Of a DNA stretch of 64,000 bases, positions 9,332-18,022 are shown piece after piece. The stretch's first letter is position 1. Each line of letters begins with the position of its first letter. The stretch lies in the NCBI GenBank assembly GCA_963667815.1, contig OY764021.1; one strand, 5' to 3'. The notes under the pieces are model-generated. The model had not been told where the DNA came from, did no database searches, and saw only the letters and a list, made by a program, of their open reading frames with translations. Made by a program: the position numbers and the translations under genes. The DNA comes from an uncultured Saccharicrinis sp. GTDB lineage: Bacteria > Bacteroidota > Bacteroidia > Bacteroidales > Marinilabiliaceae.

Positions 9332-9501
9332 ACAGAGAAAAAGTAACAAGGAAAAAGAAAGGAAAAGGAAGAAAGGAACAAGGTGATTAATTATATGAAT
9401 GAAGAGTTTTACTGACGTTTCTTGGAGTCTTAAAACAAGGATAATAATAAAATAAAAGAGATTGCAATTACATATTTAAGTTGCTTAACAATATTGAATT
9501 A

Positions 9502-11247
9502 ATGCGAAATAAAAAGTTAGATATAATGATTGACTTTTTAAGGAATGAACTCCTTAAAAGACAAAATAGCGATGGCTTATGGACCGGTTTTTTATCGTCC
9601 AGTGCGATTTCTACATCTGTATCTGTTTTTGCATTATTAATGGAGGATAAAGAAAAACATCAATCTTACATTCACAAAGGCACTCAGTGGTTACATAATA
9701 ATATGCTTCAGGATGGATCATGGGGTGATAGTCCTGAAAGTCCATCAAATATGACGGCTACGCTCCTCTCCTATGCTACATTAAGTGCTACCGGAAACGT
9801 TCCTTATCAAACAAGACAATATATATTTAACAAGTTTAAAGGATTAACAGATCAGCATATTATTGATGGAGTATTAAATTACTATGGTAAAGATTTAACC
9901 TTTTCTGCTCCAATTTTGGTTATGTGTGCCTTAGCCGGAGTAATTTCTTCATGGAAAAAAATTCCACAATTACCTTTTGAAGTTTCAGTATTACCACAAA
10001 AGTTATTTCGTTTCTTTAAACTACCTGTTGTTAGTTATGCCATTCCTGCTCTTATTGCTGTTGGTATTTTAAGATATAAAAAAGGAAGAAAAAACTTTAT
10101 CCGGCAACCTTTCATTGCTCCTTCACTAAAAGTATTGACTAAACTTCAGCCAAGCAATGGAGGATTTCTGGAAGCTGCACCTCTTACTGGTTTTGTGGTA
10201 ATGTGTATGTGTGGAGCAGGGTATCATAAACATTCATCTACTCAAAAGGGGGTTGAATTTTTAATTAATTCCATTCGTTCTGACGGATCATGGCCTATAG
10301 ACACCAATTTATCGGCCTGGGTTACAGCATTAAGTGTGAGAGCTTTGAATAAAGATATTGATAGACCTGAAATACTGGTTGATCAAATTAAAAAAAATGC
10401 TTTTACTTATAAACACCATTTTACCGGTGCCCAGGAAGGCGGATGGGGATGGACAAACTTACCGGGTTCTGTTCCTGATGCAGACGATACAGCTGGTGCA
10501 TTGGTTGCCTTGTATATTTTAAATAAAGGGAAGTATGACCATACCATAAAAAAAGGAATAGAATGGTTACTCAATCTTCAAAACAGCGATGGCGGAATAC
10601 CAACTTTTTGTAAAGGATGGGGAAAATTGCCTTTTGATAAAAGCAGTCCTGATATTACGGCCCACACTTTACTTGCATTTCAACTTTGGAAAGACAAATT
10701 GGATATAAGTTTGAAAAATAAATGCAGCAAAAGTATGAATCGTATGCTAAATTGGATGAACAAGGAACAATCTACTGAAGGCGCATGGATACCTTTATGG
10801 TTCGGAGATCAAAATGCAAAAGATGAGCTTAATCCGGTTTATGGAACTGCAATCACAACAGAGTACTTATCAGGTATAGATCATCCCATAGCTATTAAAA
10901 TGGCTCAAAAAGGCGTTGACTATTTATTAAGTACTCAAAATAAAGATGGAGGTTGGGGCGGCCATAAGAATGTACCTTCAAAAATAACACTTACAGCAAG
11001 AGCTCTGAGTGCACTAACCTGTTATATGGAAAGGGTGGATTTGGATATCTTAAATAAAGCATTTGATTTTTTGCATTTAAAGTATACAAAACAGGAATTG
11101 TTAACTCCTGAACCTATCGGGCTTTATTTCTCAAGATTATGGTACTCTGAAGAAATGTATAACATCACCTTTTCTTTAAATGCCTTAAAAAAATACAAAC
11201 AAAGATTATATCATAACGAACTACAGCACAACGAAGTAACACTATAA
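9502..11247 (+). CDS. Squalene-hopene-cyclase-like class II terpene cyclase (beta-gamma fold), substrate unknown
   Basis: GGWGW...PDADDTAGA (DxDDTA acid motif), QW-type repeats QNSDGLW, QDGSWG, SDGSW, QNSDGG, QSTEGAW, QNKDGGWG, also SPDITAH and YGTA. Start could be 9481, 9502 or 9526. Confidence 0.85.
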   Translation: MRNKKLDIMIDFLRNELLKRQNSDGLWTGFLSSSAISTSVSVFALLMEDKEKHQSYIHKGTQWLHNNMLQDGSWGDSPESPSNMTATLLSYATLSATGNVPYQTRQYIFNKFKGLTDQHIIDGVLNYYGKDLTFSAPILVMCALAGVISSWKKIPQLPFEVSVLPQKLFRFFKLPVVSYAIPALIAVGILRYKKGRKNFIRQPFIAPSLKVLTKLQPSNGGFLEAAPLTGFVVMCMCGAGYHKHSSTQKGVEFLINSIRSDGSWPIDTNLSAWVTALSVRALNKDIDRPEILVDQIKKNAFTYKHHFTGAQEGGWGWTNLPGSVPDADDTAGALVALYILNKGKYDHTIKKGIEWLLNLQNSDGGIPTFCKGWGKLPFDKSSPDITAHTLLAFQLWKDKLDISLKNKCSKSMNRMLNWMNKEQSTEGAWIPLWFGDQNAKDELNPVYGTAITTEYLSGIDHPIAIKMAQKGVDYLLSTQNKDGGWGGHKNVPSKITLTARALSALTCYMERVDLDILNKAFDFLHLKYTKQELLTPEPIGLYFSRLWYSEEMYNITFSLNALKKYKQRLYHNELQHNEVTL

Positions 11248-11297
11248 TAAATTATATAAAACTAAATATCAGACAATAACAACTTAAAAAACTACAA

Positions 11298-12503
11298 ATG
11301 AAAAATGTAATTATTTTATGTTTCCTTTTTGTTTCTATCCTGGCAAATGCTCAGGAAAATATTCAATGGAGAGGTACTGACCGCTCAGGAGTATATAACG
11401 AAAAAGGTCTTTTAGAATCATGGCCTGATAACGGGCCTGCACTAAATTGGCATTATGAAGGTTTAGGAGAAGGACATTCCTCTGTAGCCATAGATGATGA
11501 TAAACTTTATGTAACCGGAATAAAAAATGAAGTAGGTATTATCTATGTTTTTGATTTAGATGGAAAACTAATTCAGCAAAAAGAATATGGTACCGAATGG
11601 TCTAAAAGTTTCCCTGGTCCAAGAGGAACTGTAACCATTAACGATGATAAACTCTACCTGATCAGTGGAATGGGAGAAATTTATTGTTTTAAACAAAAAA
11701 CATTAGATCTCATTTGGGAAAAAAACATATTGGAATCTTTTGACGCTTCAAATATTACATGGGGCTTGAATGAAGCACCATTGATTGTTGATAATATGGT
11801 AATTGCTACTCCTGGTGGAAAAACAAAAAATATTGTAGCTTTTAATAAAAAAACAGGAGATGTTATTTGGACCAGTGAAGGTGCAGGAGATCTTTCTGCA
11901 TACTGTTCTCCTCTTTACATTGAAGATCAAGATATTCCTCAAATTGTAACCATCACAGCAAATCATGTAATTAGCATTGATGTTAAAACAGGTAAAACAT
12001 TATGGACTTTCGATAAAACCAATCGCTGGTCAGTTCATGCCAACACTCCGGTTTATAGTAATAACATGTTATTATGTACTAGTGGTTATGGAGCTGGGTC
12101 TGTAATGCTTAAACTCGTTGATGGAGGAAAAAGCGTTGAAAAAGTGTGGGAATCAAACTTATTAGACAACAGAATTGGAGCAATGGTAAAAGTAGGCGAT
12201 TATGCTTATGGTTCAGGAGATAAAAACCGCTACTGGTTCTGTGTTGATTGGAATACCGGAGAAATCAAATATCAAGAATCAGGTTTGGCAATGGGTAACA
12301 TTATTGCCAACAACAACATGCTTTATTGTTATACTGATAAGGGCGATATGATTTTAGCAAAAGCTACACCTGAAAAGTTTGATATTGTAAGTCAATTTAA
12401 AATTACTTTAGGAACCGCTCAACACTGGGCACATCCAGTAATTTACAAAGGAACTTTATATGTTAGACATGGAGATTCGTTAATGGCTTATCAAATAAAA
12501 TAA
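11298..12503 (+). CDS. Secreted PQQ-binding-like (BamB-like) beta-propeller protein
   Basis: Sec signal ending ANA-Q; WRGTDRSG, Trp-docking repeats (TGDVIW, TGKTLW), C-terminal HWAHPVI..G.LYVRHG. Confidence 0.8.
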   Translation: MKNVIILCFLFVSILANAQENIQWRGTDRSGVYNEKGLLESWPDNGPALNWHYEGLGEGHSSVAIDDDKLYVTGIKNEVGIIYVFDLDGKLIQQKEYGTEWSKSFPGPRGTVTINDDKLYLISGMGEIYCFKQKTLDLIWEKNILESFDASNITWGLNEAPLIVDNMVIATPGGKTKNIVAFNKKTGDVIWTSEGAGDLSAYCSPLYIEDQDIPQIVTITANHVISIDVKTGKTLWTFDKTNRWSVHANTPVYSNNMLLCTSGYGAGSVMLKLVDGGKSVEKVWESNLLDNRIGAMVKVGDYAYGSGDKNRYWFCVDWNTGEIKYQESGLAMGNIIANNNMLYCYTDKGDMILAKATPEKFDIVSQFKITLGTAQHWAHPVIYKGTLYVRHGDSLMAYQIK

Positions 12504-12527
12504 GCTTGTAAACTCATTAGATATTTC

Positions 12528-13958
12528 ATGACCAAAGAGAAAAAGATCATACAAGGTGTAACTATTGGCATCATACTCATTTACTTTATGTTAATGGTAG
12601 GATGGCATATTATGCCTTCCAATGAAAATTTTACTATCCAGGCTCCGGGTGCTGATAATCGCCCGGAAAACCTGGCTCGTTCAGCCAATGACGTTAAAAT
12701 TGGTGAATTCTTCATGAGGTATGAAGATGAAAACTCTGATTTAACCGGCAAATGGACAGGTTTTAGAGGAGAAAATTATGATAATATTATACAAACAACA
12801 GAAAAAATCAACATTTCTCAGGATTCTTTCCCTGAGCTTTGGAGTTTAGAAACAGGCGAAGGACATGCTGCTCCTGTAATTTTTAATGGTAAAGTTTACT
12901 TTTTAGATTATGATGAGAAATTAAGTTCTGATGCCCTCAGATGTTTTTCTCTAAAAACAGGAAAGGAACTTTGGCGCAGATGGTATCGTGTACCTATTAA
13001 ACGTAATCATGGTTTTTCAAGAACCATTCCGGTTATTCGCGATAATTACATCATAACAATTGGTCCTGAAGGACATGTAATGTGTTGCGATCCAAATACA
13101 GGAGATTTAAAATGGACACTTGATATGCAAAAAGAATACAACACAGAAGTTCCTTTTTGGTATACAGGTCAATGTCCTACTATAGACAATGATGTTTTGG
13201 TTTTGGCGCCAGCCGGTAAAGATGTTTTATTAACCGGATTGGATTGTAACACGGGCAAAGTAAAATGGAGTACGCCCAACACTCTAGGATACAAAATGTC
13301 GCATTCATCAGTTATTCCAATGACGCTGAAAGGACAGAAAACATATGTTTATACTGGTGTTGGTGGAATATGTGGCATATCGGCTGACAACAACAATATG
13401 GGAAAGTTATTATGGGAAACCAACGAATGGCAACCCTCAGTAGTGGCTCCTTCTCCAGTTAAAGTGGCTGACAATAAATTTTTCATGGTGGCCGGTTATG
13501 GAACTGGTGGCGCGCTAATAGAGGTAAATAATTCAGGTAACCAGTGGAAAGCTATAGTTACAGATCAATATAAACCCAATTCCGGAATTTCCTGCGAGCA
13601 ACAAACACCTGTTTTCTATAACAATATGCTGATTAGTGTAATGCCTAAGGATGGTGGTAGATTAAGAGGAAAGCTGGTTTGTTATGCTCCATCCGATTTA
13701 CATACACCATTATGGAGTTCTGGTGCAGATGAACGTTTTGGCTTAGGGCCATATATGGTCATCAACAATCATATTTTTGCATTAAAAGATGATGGAGAAC
13801 TCTATGTTTATGAAGTTATAACAAAAGGAATGAAACTCATAAAAAAACAACGTGTAATGGATGGAATTGATGCATGGGGTCCAATGGCTTACACCGATGG
13901 AAATCTTATTTTAAGAGATGCCCATCATGTAAAATGCTTTAAAATAGCTGATTTGTAA
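12528..13958 (+). CDS. Membrane-anchored PQQ-binding-like beta-propeller protein
   Basis: N-terminal TM helix; WTGFRG, TGKELW, TGDLKW, TGKVKW repeats. Confidence 0.75.
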   Translation: MTKEKKIIQGVTIGIILIYFMLMVGWHIMPSNENFTIQAPGADNRPENLARSANDVKIGEFFMRYEDENSDLTGKWTGFRGENYDNIIQTTEKINISQDSFPELWSLETGEGHAAPVIFNGKVYFLDYDEKLSSDALRCFSLKTGKELWRRWYRVPIKRNHGFSRTIPVIRDNYIITIGPEGHVMCCDPNTGDLKWTLDMQKEYNTEVPFWYTGQCPTIDNDVLVLAPAGKDVLLTGLDCNTGKVKWSTPNTLGYKMSHSSVIPMTLKGQKTYVYTGVGGICGISADNNNMGKLLWETNEWQPSVVAPSPVKVADNKFFMVAGYGTGGALIEVNNSGNQWKAIVTDQYKPNSGISCEQQTPVFYNNMLISVMPKDGGRLRGKLVCYAPSDLHTPLWSSGADERFGLGPYMVINNHIFALKDDGELYVYEVITKGMKLIKKQRVMDGIDAWGPMAYTDGNLILRDAHHVKCFKIADL

Positions 13959-13991
13959 CAGATCTTATAATGCGTCTATAAATTTATAATT

Positions 13992-14900
13992 ATGAGCAAT
14001 ACTTTAAAGGTCATTATTAACTTTTTCATATTTGTGATGATAGCCGGTTTTATTGTGTATATCATTAAATCAGTGAATCAGGATGAGACCACATGGGTTG
14101 AGGCTGAAACAGTTAATACTTTTACAAGTAATTACAGCAAAGTAAATACAATTGTACTGGAAGATACCATTCATATTTTTGATGTAGTTGAAGATTATAT
14201 TTATGTATTACATGGTGATAACATTATTAAATACGACGCAAAAGGCATTAAAAAACTATCTTTTAAAGTAAAGTCCAACGTAAGGGATATCCTATTGAAT
14301 AATGATAAAATATATCTGCTATACTCCAATTTAATTAAGGTGTATTCCCTTAATGGTGATTCTATTTATGGATGGAATGCTTGTAGTGATTTATCAGATT
14401 ATTGTTCTTTTACCGTATCTGATAATTCTGTGTTTGTTACAGATGCCAGCAATAAGAATATTTGTCAATATACTAAGGATGGTAACTTTGTACAATTCAT
14501 TGAAAGCCCCCATGACTTTATTACTCCAAGTCACGCTTTTGATATAACAAGTTTAAACGATACCATTTATTGTGTTAACCCAGGACGACACCTGATTGAA
14601 TCTTATACATCTAAAGGAAAATTTATAGCATCTTTTGGCGGACCAGGAACTGAAGCCGGATTTTTTGCAGGATGCTGTAACCCGGCTTACATCAGCTTCA
14701 ATAAACAAGGTGAGCTTTATACCTCCGAAAAAGGAAGTCCTCGCATATGTAAATATAAAAAAGGAATATTTCAGGAAGTGGTTTTAAATCACCGTTTACT
14801 TGGTGGTGGATATCATGCATATGAGATTAAAAACATCGACAATAATCTATGGGTAGCCAATCAAAATAAGATTGATATCTACAGAAAAAAAGCGAATTAA
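13992..14900 (+). CDS. Membrane-anchored NHL/6-bladed beta-propeller-like protein with GCCNP motif
   Basis: N-terminal TM helix; VTDASNKNICQY, NPGRH.IE.Y, FGGPG, GCCNPAY, SEKG.PRI. Confidence 0.6.
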   Translation: MSNTLKVIINFFIFVMIAGFIVYIIKSVNQDETTWVEAETVNTFTSNYSKVNTIVLEDTIHIFDVVEDYIYVLHGDNIIKYDAKGIKKLSFKVKSNVRDILLNNDKIYLLYSNLIKVYSLNGDSIYGWNACSDLSDYCSFTVSDNSVFVTDASNKNICQYTKDGNFVQFIESPHDFITPSHAFDITSLNDTIYCVNPGRHLIESYTSKGKFIASFGGPGTEAGFFAGCCNPAYISFNKQGELYTSEKGSPRICKYKKGIFQEVVLNHRLLGGGYHAYEIKNIDNNLWVANQNKIDIYRKKAN

Positions 14901-14944
14901 CACACTGAATAAGATAGTAATATTGATTCTATAACGATTGAAAA

Positions 14945-15979
14945 ATGGACTCAGATAGATTGAATAAGAAAAAAATATCCAGAAAAGGTTTTCTTCAAAT
15001 GGCCGGTTCAGTAATTGCCGGAGGAACAATTATTGGAACCACAGGGTACTTGATTGGAAACCGAAGTAATCAATTAAAAAACAATGGTGAAAATCATTTA
15101 CTGCAAAACGATGCCATATCCAACGAACCATTTCAATCACCTTATAAATTAGTTTCATCATTCAGTACTACGGATGAAATTAAAGGATTTGAGATATACA
15201 AGAATCAATTGGTAGTGGCAACAACAAACAACATTGCAATTTATAATTCTTCAGGTCAATTAAACCATAAGTATGCTATTGCTAACAACCTTAGAGATAT
15301 TACTGTAGAAAATGATCGGATATATCTTTTATATCCGTCGCAAATAAAGGTATACAACCTTGAAGGACAACTCAAAAATGAATGGGAGGCTTGTGGTGAA
15401 AACTCTGATTATTGTTCTATTGCAGCTTCACCCTATCATCTATTTGTAACTGATGCATCAAACAAAAATATTTGTCAATATACAGTCGATGGTCAGTTGG
15501 AAAGATTTATAGAAAGTCCTAATCGCTTTATTATACCTAGTTACACATTTGGAATTACCTATGCCAACAATAGTATTTATTGTTCCAATCCTGGAAGGCA
15601 TAGTGTAGAACGTTATTCTGTAAAAGGGCAATATATAAGCTCCTTTGGAGAACCAGGAAATGCTCCGGGAAGGTTTTGCGGTTGTTGTAATCCTGTATAT
15701 ATCGATTATACTTCTGTCGGAGAAATTATTACTTCAGAAAAAGGAAATCCAAGAATAAGTTGCTACGACAGCGAAGGTAATTTTAGAAATGTTTTACTCG
15801 ATGTAAGTATGATGGGTGGAGGCAATAATGCTTATCGTGTAAAGGTTGATCAAGATAAAATTATGGTAGCCGGAAATCGTATGGTTTCCACATTTAAGTA
15901 TGATAAAACGCTGGCAAATAAGAGTGGGTGTTCCAGTTGTGGCATTAATTGCCCTTTAAAGGAAGGTATCACTATTTAA
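14945..15979 (+). CDS. NHL-like beta-propeller paralogue with Tat-like leader, GCCNP motif and C-terminal CxxCxxxCP
   Basis: SRKGFLQ followed by a hydrophobic segment; shares VTDASNKNICQY, NPGRH, GCCNP and SEKG.PRI with 13992; ends GCSSCGINCP. Confidence 0.6.
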   Translation: MDSDRLNKKKISRKGFLQMAGSVIAGGTIIGTTGYLIGNRSNQLKNNGENHLLQNDAISNEPFQSPYKLVSSFSTTDEIKGFEIYKNQLVVATTNNIAIYNSSGQLNHKYAIANNLRDITVENDRIYLLYPSQIKVYNLEGQLKNEWEACGENSDYCSIAASPYHLFVTDASNKNICQYTVDGQLERFIESPNRFIIPSYTFGITYANNSIYCSNPGRHSVERYSVKGQYISSFGEPGNAPGRFCGCCNPVYIDYTSVGEIITSEKGNPRISCYDSEGNFRNVLLDVSMMGGGNNAYRVKVDQDKIMVAGNRMVSTFKYDKTLANKSGCSSCGINCPLKEGITI

Positions 15980-15989
15980 AGGTTAAACA

Positions 15990-16565
15990 ATGAGTAAAAA
16001 TCATCAACATAAAACGAGTCCGATAGAGCGACGTAAGTTTCTTAAGGTAGTAGGTTCTGGGATTGCCGGTGGAACCATACTTGCCACATCTGGATTTCTG
16101 TTCAGCAAAACAGGTAAAAAGGACGAAACGTCCTATTACTGGCAAATAGATCCCGCCAAATGTACGCAATGTGGCAGATGTGAAACGGATTGTGTGTTAT
16201 CCGTTTCTGCAGTTAAATGTTTTCATGCCAATAAAGTATGTGGATACTGCGATTTGTGTGGCGGATATTATCGTTCTAACGTAAAAGAATTAAATACTGC
16301 AGCTGAAAACCTAATGTGCCCAACAGGTGCTATTCAACGAAAATTTGTGGAAGATCCTTATTTTGAATATGCCATAATTGAGGATTTATGTATTGGTTGC
16401 GGAAAATGTGTAAAGGGATGTACCTCATTTGGCAATGGATCTTTATATCTGCAGATTAAAAGAGATTTATGTAAAGATTGTAATGAATGTGCCATAGCGA
16501 AAGTATGTCCTTCTAATGCAATTTCAAGAGTTTCGATTGACCAGGCATATAAATTAAAAGGGTAA
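15990..16565 (+). CDS. Tat-type polyferredoxin (17 Cys, up to four [4Fe-4S]), NapG/MauM-like role
   Basis: ERRKFLK twin-arginine motif plus h-region; CTQCGRCETDC, CGYCDLC, CIGCGKCVKGC, CKDCNEC...CP. Confidence 0.75.
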   Translation: MSKNHQHKTSPIERRKFLKVVGSGIAGGTILATSGFLFSKTGKKDETSYYWQIDPAKCTQCGRCETDCVLSVSAVKCFHANKVCGYCDLCGGYYRSNVKELNTAAENLMCPTGAIQRKFVEDPYFEYAIIEDLCIGCGKCVKGCTSFGNGSLYLQIKRDLCKDCNECAIAKVCPSNAISRVSIDQAYKLKG

Positions 16566-16691
16566 AAAAGTTAAAGATAACAAGCTTAAGGGATAAAATT
16601 ATTTACAATGTAATATCAACAAAGCAAATAATGCTATAAGCCCAATCTGGTCTATTATCTTTTGTCTTTATACTTTATACAATTATAAAAA

Positions 16692-17963
16692 ATGAAACGT
16701 TTTATATCATTTATATCATTCATATTACCGGTAACTTATGCTACGGCTCAAAACAGGTTTCCCAAACCCGATTTTGAGTCCGGTTATCAATATCCTGACA
16801 TAAGCTATGCCTTATCCAACGAACCACTATTTCTGTATATTGATATTATATTACTTATCGCTTTAATGAGTTTTGTGGCATGGGCTGTTATCAAAAAACA
16901 AACCCGAAAGCCTATTATTTGGGTATCAATAATATCTGTGGCCTATTTTGGCTTTTTTAGAAGTGGTTGCGTTTGTAGTATTGGATCGGTACAAAATGTA
17001 GCTCTTGCTATTGCTGATCATACTTATATTCTGCCAATTTCTGTATTGTTATTTTTTATACTACCCATCATTTTTGCCTTTTTATTTGGCAGGGTATTTT
17101 GTGCCGGAGTTTGTCCATTTGGTGCTTTACAGGAATTGGTGAATATTAAAAATTACCGATTATCTAAATCCGTTACTTCCATATTGAGTATTATTCCCTG
17201 GCTTTACCTCATATTTGGCGTATTATATGCTATAACCCGAAGCAGTTTTATCATCTGTCGCTTTGATCCGTTTATAGGAATATTCAGACTTGGTGGCGAT
17301 TTTGGATTAATACTATTTGGTTCACTGCTTTTAATTGCTGCTATTTTTACAGGGCGCCCCTTTTGTAGGTTTATTTGCCCATATGGTGCTTTATTAAGTT
17401 TATTTTCAAGAGTTTCTCTTTGGAAAATTCAAATTACCAAACAGGGCTGTATCAATTGTGAATTGTGTCACAATGCCTGCCCAGTGGATGCCATTCACCC
17501 TCCATACGACAATAAGGTTAAAGAAGACCGTTTACAAGGTGTAAAGAGAATATTAATGTATTTTATATTTCTTCCTTTAATGATTGTTGCTGGAACTTTT
17601 GTTATGCGTTACTACAGTGCCGACTTAAGCAGGGCACATAAAGATGTACGCCTATACGATATGGTAAAACAACAAGAAACAAATCCACGAGATAAGATTT
17701 CTCTTGAACTGGAATCTTTTTATGGTCAGGGAGGAAAAGTTGATGATTTAAAAAATAAGGTTGAAGTTATTTTAAAGGACTATACATATTATTCTTCCAT
17801 TGCCGGAGCTATGATAGGTTTAGTATTTGGACTTATCTTAATCAAATTATCAGTGAAACGCTCTCGTAAATTATATGAAATAGAACATGCTGATTGTGTT
17901 GCCTGTGGAAGATGCTTTAGTTATTGTCCACAAAACAAGTTGGTAGAAAGGAAAAAGGAATAA
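16692..17963 (+). CDS. Polytopic membrane Fe-S protein, NapH/MauN/RdxA family
   Basis: Multiple TM helices; GRVFCAGVCPFGALQE and RPFCRFICPYGAL (CxxxCP), CINCELCHNACP, C-terminal CVACGRCFSYCP. Confidence 0.85.
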   Translation: MKRFISFISFILPVTYATAQNRFPKPDFESGYQYPDISYALSNEPLFLYIDIILLIALMSFVAWAVIKKQTRKPIIWVSIISVAYFGFFRSGCVCSIGSVQNVALAIADHTYILPISVLLFFILPIIFAFLFGRVFCAGVCPFGALQELVNIKNYRLSKSVTSILSIIPWLYLIFGVLYAITRSSFIICRFDPFIGIFRLGGDFGLILFGSLLLIAAIFTGRPFCRFICPYGALLSLFSRVSLWKIQITKQGCINCELCHNACPVDAIHPPYDNKVKEDRLQGVKRILMYFIFLPLMIVAGTFVMRYYSADLSRAHKDVRLYDMVKQQETNPRDKISLELESFYGQGGKVDDLKNKVEVILKDYTYYSSIAGAMIGLVFGLILIKLSVKRSRKLYEIEHADCVACGRCFSYCPQNKLVERKKE

Positions 17964-18022
17964 AGATCTGATTGATTCATTCTAAATACAAAATTCGGAG
18001 TCGATAAAAGAAATAAACAAAA

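Noticed and set aside
9304-9385. CRISPR array or invertible promoter
   Set aside because: Contiguous 7-mers without spacers, no cas genes, no flanking IR pair and no recombinase.
9502-11247. Calling the gene shc and the cluster a hopanoid (hpn) cluster
   Set aside because: No hpnCDE, hpnG or hpnN-type genes are recognisable, the protein is short for an SHC, and the substrate cannot be inferred from DxDD alone.
15990-17963. Nitrate reductase (nap), Rnf or reductive dehalogenase locus
   Set aside because: No napA, rnf membrane subunits or RdhA-type catalytic gene; the similarity is limited to the electron-transfer pair.
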